From contig OW818668.1 of the NCBI GenBank assembly GCA_942493105.1, forward strand, positions 1,230,001-1,262,000: a DNA stretch of 32,000 bases, in the 5' to 3' direction. Both the position numbers and the translations under genes were made by a program. The stretch comes from an uncultured Erysipelotrichaceae bacterium. Lineage in GTDB: Bacteria > Bacillota_I > Bacilli_A > Erysipelotrichales > Erysipelotrichaceae. Below the pieces are notes generated by a model that searched no databases, was not told where the DNA came from, and saw nothing but the letters and a program-made list of their open reading frames with translations. Positions within the stretch are counted from its first letter, which is position 1; each line of letters begins with the position of its first letter. Shown piece after piece: positions 25,781 to 32,000 of this stretch.

Positions 25781-26554
25781 AAGATGATTCAAACTTTCAG
25801 AAGTATCGATGATGTGTTTAGGAACCCCTGGACCCAAGTGAAGATTGATTCGTTTGATGGCTACTGTCCAATTGGTGGTCCCCAAAAACAGATTCGTACA
25901 GTTTTCACACAACACATGATTGGGTGTCACAAAGGGATTGTTTTTTAAAGGTTTGCCGCACTCATCACACTTTTTATCCGGTAAAAATAAAAAACTATTT
26001 TTTAAAGCCTCTGATTTATACCATTCTTTAAGCTGATCGATCAAAGTTTTCATCTGACTTGATCCAACACAACCTGTCAAATCAACAGGGGTCTCATAGA
26101 CTGCTTCTGCCACAGCCATTTGACCCACATTGACCAAATAGACCGCTTTCTTGGCACCTACCCCAAAGACACCTTGTGATGCTGCACTCACTAATTTGCC
26201 TGTTCTAACGACTTCTGAAGGTCCAATAAGAAACTTGGCTTCATCAAGGGCTTCTCTCAATGTTCCCGAAACACTGATTTGTATATTTCGTGACGTACTT
26301 TTAACGGTCAATTTTTTTGAGATGATCTTGGCATTTCTAGGAAGTCTGCTTTCTACTTTACGAATGGCGATCTCATCGGTCTCACCTTTTTCTTTGATGG
26401 CCTGGATCCCATAATCAGAGCGATAGTACGTTAAAACAAGCACCAACTCTTCTGGTACCAGTTTCTTTAATCGTTCTTTTGCTTCATCCATATTTGATCC
26501 GGATGCAGAGATCCTCGATAGATAATCGATCGGAAATTTCCCCTTTCTGCACAC
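25763..26554 (-). CDS. hypothetical protein with C-terminal CxxC-x16-CxxC zinc ribbon
   Basis: Long ORF bounded by a good promoter and a terminator. The start is uncertain (GTG 26554 or ATG 26491; neither has a strong SD). Confidence 0.6.
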   Translation of the reverse strand: MCRKGKFPIDYLSRISASGSNMDEAKERLKKLVPEELVLVLTYYRSDYGIQAIKEKGETDEIAIRKVESRLPRNAKIISKKLTVKSTSRNIQISVSGTLREALDEAKFLIGPSEVVRTGKLVSAASQGVFGVGAKKAVYLVNVGQMAVAEAVYETPVDLTGCVGSSQMKTLIDQLKEWYKSEALKNSFLFLPDKKCDECGKPLKNNPFVTPNHVLCENCTNLFLGTTNWTVAIKRINLHLGPGVPKHIIDTSESLNHLKKNTE

Positions 26555-26578
26555 AGTGTAAAAACATCTTCTGTTTTT

Positions 26579-26607
26579 ATCATAAGGCGAAATCAGTTAA
26601 ATATCAA
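26579..26607 (-). promoter_or_regulatory. sigma-A-type promoter TTGATA-17-TATGAT
   Basis: -35 at 26607-26602 and -10 at 26584-26579, upstream of the 263-aa ORF. Confidence 0.55.
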
Positions 26608-26649
26608 CCAAACAAACAAAGCTTATCATCACTTTTAAAAAGACCAAAC

Positions 26650-26676
26650 AAAAAGCAGCTTATTGGGCTGCTTTTT
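26650..26676 (-). terminator. intrinsic terminator of the orphan small transcription unit
   Basis: AAAAAGCAGC-(7 nt)-GCTGCTTTTT. On the minus strand it is followed by TTTTTGTTTGG. Confidence 0.6.
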
Positions 26677-26693
26677 GTATCTTAATGTGTTGA

Positions 26694-26792
26694 TTATGAC
26701 GTCTTAATTTTAACATTTGGTCCAAGTTTCTTGGCTTCTTCGTATTTTTTTGAATAATAGTAGTCATATGGATCAGAAAAATACTTCATCAT
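26694..26792 (-). CDS. candidate 32-aa small protein MMKYFSDPYDYYYSKKYEEAKKLGPNVKIKTS (alternatively a non-coding sRNA)
   Basis: Hand-translated; too short for the ORF track. TATAAT lies 8 nt upstream and a terminator 18 nt downstream. Confidence 0.3.
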   Translation of the reverse strand: MMKYFSDPYDYYYSKKYEEAKKLGPNVKIKTS

Positions 26793-26800
26793 CAGTTTTG

Positions 26801-26806
26801 ATTATA
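26801..26806 (-). promoter_or_regulatory. -10 box TATAAT of the orphan small transcription unit
   Basis: The minus strand reads ggTATAAT-caaaactg-ATGATG. Confidence 0.4.
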
Positions 26807-27045
26807 CCGATGGCTGATGCAAGCCCACAATTGTAAACATCGAGATAAATTTCTAAATCTGCAAGTATTTAGTCTGTTACCTAAGATAAGCGCTTACGAA
26901 ACAGTGGATTCTAGTTTATAATACATATAGGTCAAAACAGATACGTTAAAACACCCACCTTATATATTGTCAATTCAAAATCATCGAGATAAGCTCAGTT
27001 CTTTATATACAGTTTAGGTTAAAAACTCAGAAAGGAAGTTTCATT

Positions 27046-28104
27046 ATGAAAATACTATTGTTGGGTGGTACAGGTGCCATAGGCAATCACCTTGCTGAAA
27101 CCTTGTCTAAACAAGATCATACGATCGTGATCACTTCAAGAAGTAAACGAGACTCTAAAGGATCTATATCCTATAAACAAGGCAATGCTAAAGATTTAGG
27201 TTTTGTTAAAACCTTGCTTACACAAGACTGGGATGCGATCGTTGACTTTATGGTATATACAGAAAAAGAGTTTGAAGAACGGGTTGATTTATTTTTAAAC
27301 GCAACTCGGCAATATGTTTTCTTAAGTACTTCCAGAGTTTATGACAAGCATTCAGGTTTATTGACTGAAGATGCTTTAAGATTACTGGATTCTAGTGAAG
27401 ATGCTGCTTTCTTGGCTACCAGTGAATACTCACTTAAGAAAGCACGAGAAGAAAATGTTTTGTTTTCTTCTGCTAAAAAGAACTGGACGATCATTCGACC
27501 TTATATCACTTATTCTAAAAACCGCATACAACTGGGAACTTTAGAGAAAGAAGACTGGTTATACAGAGCCTTACAGGGAAGAACGATTGTTTTCTCTGAA
27601 GAGATGAAAGATTGTCTTACGACCTTGACGTATGGCCAAGATGTCGCAGAAGGTATTGCTTGTATCATAGGTAGACAAGAAACTTATGGTCAAGCCTATC
27701 ATATCACCAGTAATAAATCTATCTCCTGGATTGAGATCCTAGATCTTTATCTAGATACTCTAGAAGAAAAACTAGGGAAAAGACCAAAAGTTCTTTATCA
27801 AAACTTAACTGATTTTAAAGCGTGGAATCCAAGTATGTATCAAGTCATCTATGATCGCTTGTTTGATCGAAGATTTGATAATACCAAGATCAATGCCTTT
27901 ATCAAGACAGATCGTTTTATGGCTGTAGAAGATGGCTTAAAAATGTGTTTGAGTGAGTTTATACAGAAGCCACAATTTCTTTCCATTTCTTGGAGGAAAG
28001 AAGCAATAAAGGATCGTTTCACTCATGAGAAAACACCTTTAAAAGAAATACCTGGCTTTAAAAATAAACTTAAATATGTCATATACAGATATCTGTTAAA
28101 GTAA
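27046..28104 (+). CDS. NAD(P)-dependent epimerase/dehydratase-type SDR
   Basis: MKILLLGGTGAIG Rossmann motif and YSLKK (YxxxK). SD AAAGGAAG. Confidence 0.75.
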   Translation: MKILLLGGTGAIGNHLAETLSKQDHTIVITSRSKRDSKGSISYKQGNAKDLGFVKTLLTQDWDAIVDFMVYTEKEFEERVDLFLNATRQYVFLSTSRVYDKHSGLLTEDALRLLDSSEDAAFLATSEYSLKKAREENVLFSSAKKNWTIIRPYITYSKNRIQLGTLEKEDWLYRALQGRTIVFSEEMKDCLTTLTYGQDVAEGIACIIGRQETYGQAYHITSNKSISWIEILDLYLDTLEEKLGKRPKVLYQNLTDFKAWNPSMYQVIYDRLFDRRFDNTKINAFIKTDRFMAVEDGLKMCLSEFIQKPQFLSISWRKEAIKDRFTHEKTPLKEIPGFKNKLKYVIYRYLLK

Positions 28105-28381
28105 ATGAGCTTGATTGTATAAATCATGTTTAAAGCATCATAGATGTATTCAGAGTATGATTGAGGTATGAATCTGATGAGAAAGTATCACTGAATCTTG
28201 ACTCTCAATGATAGAATAGAACTATGCGAAGTGCTTGAGCCTTATATGCTTGATTAAGAATCAATCTTAAGTGTGAAAGCTAAAACGCATGGGTTTAGTA
28301 AAGACGCCACTTAGTGAGCATAAGAGGTTGTGGCAGTATTTTAATGGCTTACAAGTAAACAATTTTGAAAGGAAGAACTTA

Positions 28382-30127
28382 ATGACAACCTATTATACAG
28401 ATGAAAAAAATGTACAAGTCTTAATTGCTTTATTAAAGGAGCACGGCATAAGAAAGGTTATCGCATCACCTGGGACAACCAATATTACCTTTGTGAGAAG
28501 CATGCAAAATGATCCGTATTTTCAAATGTATTCGGCTGTGGATGAAAGATCTGCAGCTTATATTGCCTGTGGTTTATCTGCAGAATCTCAAGAACCTGTT
28601 GTTATTACCTGTACAGGCGCAACAGCTTCTAGAAATTACTTATCTGGGTTAACTGAAGCTTATTATCGCAAGTTACCGATCTTAGCCGTCACCGCAACAC
28701 GTGAAGTTTCCATGGTTGGACATAACATTGCCCAAGTCATCGATCGCAGCATCATGCCTAAAGATACTGTTAGAAAAAGCCATGTCATCCCTTTGATCAA
28801 AGATGATGTTGATTTATGGAATGTTGAGATCAAAGTCAACGATGCCCTGTTAGAATTAAGAAGACATGGTGGAGGACCGGTTCATATCAACTTGTCTACC
28901 CGTTATACCTCATCTTTTGAAACAAAAGAACTCCCAAAATTCAGAGTCATCAATAGAATCACCAGAGAAGATGCTTTCCCTGTTTTACCTAAAGGCAAAA
29001 TATCTATTTTAATGGCTTCTCATCCTGTGTTAAGTGAAAAACAGATTGCTTCACTAGAAAGATTCTGTGCGACCCATGATGCGGTCGTATTTACCGATCA
29101 TACCAGTGGGTATAATGGTAAATACAGTTTGCTTCATTCACTCAGTTCTTCGCAAAGATTGGCTGAGTTTGATGAACTCAAACCGGATCTGACCATTCAT
29201 ATCGGAGAGATCACAGGTGATTATTCCACAAGCAACATCATTGGTAAAGAAGTGTGGAGAGTCTGTGAAGATGGTGAGATCAGAGATACTTTTACAAAAC
29301 TTAGATACATCTTTGAAATGCCTGAACATGATTTCTTTGATCATTATTCAACTGTCGAAGGTTGTCGTGATCAGTACTTGAATCGTTGGATCGATCATCT
29401 TGGTAAACTGCGCACTCAGATTCCTGAACTTCCGTTCTCCAATGTCTATGTGGCCAGTAAACTTCATCACTTGATCCCTGAACATTCAGCCATACATTTC
29501 GCCATTTTGAATAGTCTTCGTTCTTGGAATTTCTTTGAGATCTCAAAGACGATCAATTCCAATTCAAATGTAGGAGGCTTTGGGATCGATGGTTGTATGT
29601 CAACTTTGATTGGAGCTTCTTTAGCCAACAAGCATAAATTATACTTTGGGATCATCGGAGACTTATCTTTCTTCTATGATCTGAATTCATTGGGTAATCG
29701 TAATGTAGGTAAGAACTTAAGGATCCTTTTGATCAATAACGGTACTGGTATGGAATTTAGAAACTTCACGCATTTTGCGGCTTCCTTTGGGGAATCTGCT
29801 GATGAATATATCGCAGCTGGCGGACACAATGGGAACAAGTCTTTGACTCTAGTTAAAAACTATACTGAAAGCTTAGGCTTTGAATACTTATCCGCAACCA
29901 ACAAAGATGAATTTGAAAAGGTCTATCAAAGATTCTTGACGAGTGAAATTGTTGATCATTCTATCGTATTGGAAGTATTTACCAATACTGCAGATGAATC
30001 TAAAGCGTTAGAGATCATTACTTCCATCAGTAAAAAGGCAAAGAGCCAAACAAAGAATACGATCATCAATGTTTTAGGCAAGGAAAATGTTAAGAAAATC
30101 AAGAAACTGATCAGAGACATCAGCTAA
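28382..30127 (+). CDS. thiamine-diphosphate enzyme, MenD (SEPHCHC synthase)-like
   Basis: PGTTN..DERSAAYIACGL..ITCTGATASRNYLSGLTEAYYRKLPILAVTA and GIDG...GDLSFFYDLNSL...LINNGTG are collinear by eye with remembered B. subtilis MenD. Start moved to ATG 28382 (SD AGGAAG 6 nt upstream). Confidence 0.75.
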   Translation: MTTYYTDEKNVQVLIALLKEHGIRKVIASPGTTNITFVRSMQNDPYFQMYSAVDERSAAYIACGLSAESQEPVVITCTGATASRNYLSGLTEAYYRKLPILAVTATREVSMVGHNIAQVIDRSIMPKDTVRKSHVIPLIKDDVDLWNVEIKVNDALLELRRHGGGPVHINLSTRYTSSFETKELPKFRVINRITREDAFPVLPKGKISILMASHPVLSEKQIASLERFCATHDAVVFTDHTSGYNGKYSLLHSLSSSQRLAEFDELKPDLTIHIGEITGDYSTSNIIGKEVWRVCEDGEIRDTFTKLRYIFEMPEHDFFDHYSTVEGCRDQYLNRWIDHLGKLRTQIPELPFSNVYVASKLHHLIPEHSAIHFAILNSLRSWNFFEISKTINSNSNVGGFGIDGCMSTLIGASLANKHKLYFGIIGDLSFFYDLNSLGNRNVGKNLRILLINNGTGMEFRNFTHFAASFGESADEYIAAGGHNGNKSLTLVKNYTESLGFEYLSATNKDEFEKVYQRFLTSEIVDHSIVLEVFTNTADESKALEIITSISKKAKSQTKNTIINVLGKENVKKIKKLIRDIS

Positions 30128-30254
30128 GTTTTGGTTACCATCTAGCGATCTTTAAAGCAACCAAAAAATAAGCAACGCTCATGCAGTCAGGTTAAACAAG
30201 GTGGGGCCGTAGTTATTGGTTTCCACCTTTTCTTAAAACAAGTAGGGGACACAC

Positions 30255-31418
30255 ATGAAAAAAATAGGCGTTATTACACTCAACAGTGACAATAATTACG
30301 GAAACAGATTGCAAAATCTAGCGCTTTTAAGTGTCTTGAATAAACTTGGTTTTGAATCACAAACGGTGATCTTTAAAAAGAAACCCAGGCCTTCTTCATT
30401 GAGTGCTAAACTAAAACGAGTTCTTAAACAATTTAAAGGGCAATCGCTTATCGATAATGTCCACATGATCTCTCGTAAAATTCAGCGCAGGATCCATAAA
30501 AAGAAAACAGCCAGTCTTGAGCAAGAAAAAGTATTAAGAAGCAAAGCGTTCTGTTCAAATTATATTAAGTCGTTTATTGTCGATTATGAAGATCTTGAGA
30601 AGGGCTACCCAACTTTAAACGACTTTGATTATTTTGTCTCCGGCAGCGATCAAGTTTGGAATCCGCATCTTTTAAACAAGGGCACAGGTGACTTAACACC
30701 TTTCGAAATCAATTTCCTAAGCTTTGCCCCGCATTCTAAAAGAACGGCGTATTCTGCCAGTTTTGGGGTATCAGATATACCAGAGCAGTTTATCGAAAAG
30801 TATAAAGCATATCTTAAAGGCATGCATTCAATCTCTGTAAGAGAAGACGAAGGAGCACAGATCATAAAGAAGCTCATCAATAAAGAAGTACCTGTATTAG
30901 TAGACCCTACCTTACTTTTAAACCAAAATGAATGGAAAGAAATTTCATGTGCACCAAGTATGGACCTTTCTCAACATTATATCCTGACTTATTTTCTAGG
31001 AGGCATCTCAGAATCTAACGACAAAATGATCAAAGATTATGCTAAAAAACATAACTTTAAAATACACCGGCTTATCGATCCAAGTGATAAGTCCTTATAC
31101 ACTTTAAATCCAGGTGAATTCTTATACATAATCGATCATTGCGACATGATGTTGACGGATTCTTTTCATGGCTGTGTCTTTTCAATTCAGTTTGAAAAAC
31201 CTTTTATTGTCTTTGAACGAAGAAACGCTCAACATTCTATGGAATCCAGAATCAATACCTTGCTTAGTAAATTTGATCTAGAGAACAGGAAATGGTTATC
31301 TACAAGTCAAATGAGCGACTATGAAAAGATTGATTTCACAGGTGCTAAAAAGAATCTTGAGCTTGAGAAAAAGAAAGCCCATGACTATTTAGTCAATTCG
31401 CTTAAAACAAATTCTTAA
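30255..31418 (+). CDS. polysaccharide pyruvyl transferase family protein
   Basis: The N-terminal KKIGVITLNSDNNYGNRLQNLAL and the internal SGSDQVWNP and TDSFHG patterns are typical of the family. Confidence 0.8.
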   Translation: MKKIGVITLNSDNNYGNRLQNLALLSVLNKLGFESQTVIFKKKPRPSSLSAKLKRVLKQFKGQSLIDNVHMISRKIQRRIHKKKTASLEQEKVLRSKAFCSNYIKSFIVDYEDLEKGYPTLNDFDYFVSGSDQVWNPHLLNKGTGDLTPFEINFLSFAPHSKRTAYSASFGVSDIPEQFIEKYKAYLKGMHSISVREDEGAQIIKKLINKEVPVLVDPTLLLNQNEWKEISCAPSMDLSQHYILTYFLGGISESNDKMIKDYAKKHNFKIHRLIDPSDKSLYTLNPGEFLYIIDHCDMMLTDSFHGCVFSIQFEKPFIVFERRNAQHSMESRINTLLSKFDLENRKWLSTSQMSDYEKIDFTGAKKNLELEKKKAHDYLVNSLKTNS

Positions 31419-31425
31419 TATAAAA

Positions 31426-31453
31426 GGAACTCATCGATGAGTTCCATTTTTTT
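31426..31453 (+). terminator. intrinsic terminator after the pyruvyl transferase gene
   Basis: GGAACTCATC/GATGAGTTCC perfect palindrome followed by ATTTTTTT. Confidence 0.85.
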
Positions 31454-31659
31454 AAGTACTTCATTATGTAGACCTTTATGATCGGGAAAGTGTATCGATC
31501 TTAAATCTTTAGTTTGTTTCACACGAAGGTTTTAACTTTATTAGAAGAAAATGCTAAGAACTTTAATTTACTGATGGACATAGATATCTGATTATACTGT
31601 GAGACCCTGGCATTATATTAATTGAACTTGTTTTGTGCTTAAGGCTTACTTACTCAAAT

Positions 31660-32000
31660 TTATGCCTTAATAGCATCCTTTAAGAGATCAATATTCTTTT
31701 TGAAGTTATTTTGATCATAGAATATACCAGCAGATCCTAAAACAAAACCCGTTGCACCACACTTCACAAGTTGAGCAATGTTTGAAGGCGAAATTGAACC
31801 ATCAACCATAATATCGATTTTTTTCTGATAGTTAGATAATATGTTATACAGACGTTGAGTCTTTTCGATTGAAGCATGAATAAATGCTTGACCAGCAAAA
31901 CCAGGATTAACAGACATGATCATGACCACATCTAGATCTTGAATTAATTCTTCAGCACATGAAATGGGGGTTGATGGATTTAAAACCAAGCCAACTCTTT
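31660..32000 (-). CDS. rpe: ribulose-phosphate 3-epimerase family protein, C-terminal part (5' end beyond the window)
   Basis: ..GLVLNPSTP..VMIMSVNPGFAGQAFI..VDGSI..GSAIF-type pattern. The frame is open to nt 32000. Confidence 0.75.
   Translation of the reverse strand, partial: RVGLVLNPSTPISCAEELIQDLDVVMIMSVNPGFAGQAFIHASIEKTQRLYNILSNYQKKIDIMVDGSISPSNIAQLVKCGATGFVLGSAGIFYDQNNFKKNIDLLKDAIKA

Noticed and set aside
26479-26685. ORF 26479-26685 (plus, 68 aa) in the spacer.
   Set aside because: It overlaps the 5' end and promoter of the minus-strand 263-aa gene and runs through the terminator hairpin. It has no SD.
26838-26992. 11-bp direct repeat CATCGAGATAA at 26838-26848 and 26982-26992 in the spacer upstream of the SDR gene.
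   Set aside because: It is a single short repeat pair found post hoc. It has no inverted partner, no flanking target-site-duplication logic and no associated mobile gene.
28289-28381. 31-codon N-terminal extension of the MenD-like ORF (ATG 28289 in the ORF track). Similar upstream alternative starts occur at 4827 (TTG), 6258 (TTG), 14385 and 17374.
   Set aside because: In each case a downstream ATG has a proper SD or an ATGA/stop-start junction and coincides with where family similarity begins. The extensions add non-homologous residues.
30128-30229. Inverted repeats after the MenD-like gene, considered as a terminator or RNA element. These are TTTTGGTT...AACCAAAA with a 22-nt loop and AAGGTGG...CCACCTT with an 18-nt loop.
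   Set aside because: The loops are large and neither has a convincing U-tract. They might attenuate transcription, but I cannot support a call.

Overview
32-kb chromosomal window from a low-GC bacterium using the standard code (TGA is used as a stop). It looks Firmicutes- or Mollicutes-related, but that is a guess from gene content and SD/extended -10 usage. The window is densely coding (about 40 genes). I found no rRNA, tRNA, CRISPR array, transposase, integrase or phage gene. All protein calls come from reading the supplied translations by eye (motifs and remembered family signatures); no search was run.

Gene order, left to right:
- psuG (5'-truncated), a YutG/PgpA-like gene, a thioredoxin-like lipoprotein, an AAC(3)-family acetyltransferase and ogt, packed as one operon.
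- A probably leaderless APH-family kinase.
- On the minus strand, an FNR-type Crp regulator followed by a DUF438/hemerythrin/PAS gene, separated by a near-consensus CRP box.
- A lipoprotein and uppP.
- A three-gene [FeFe]-hydrogenase / D-2-hydroxyacid dehydrogenase / NuoE-like 2Fe-2S operon.
- gpx-ohrR with an OhrR-type operator.
- dedA, a GNAT, and a CBS-type family II pyrophosphatase with Gfo/Idh/MocA and NagB-like genes.
- Nudix, then a HAD hydrolase translationally coupled to a CBS-pair protein whose N-terminus carries an RNxxxH HEPN-like motif.
- A small membrane protein.
- gcvT-gcvH-gcvPA-gcvPB behind a tandem glycine riboswitch.
- A PAS-GGDEF-HD-GYP protein and a 263-aa Zn-ribbon protein of unknown function.
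- An orphan ~150-nt transcription unit.
- A loosely packed glycan-type locus (SDR, MenD-like ThDP enzyme, polysaccharide pyruvyl transferase).
- A 5'-truncated rpe.

Best candidates for something undescribed:
- The hydrogenase-2HADH-NuoE operon, which has no NuoF-like gene.
- The FNR-like regulator, CRP box and DUF438-hemerythrin module.
- The HAD plus HEPN-like/CBS gene pair.
- The MenD-like enzyme inside a glycan locus.

Window-wide signals are several apparently leaderless genes and a roughly 3.5-fold excess of GATC.
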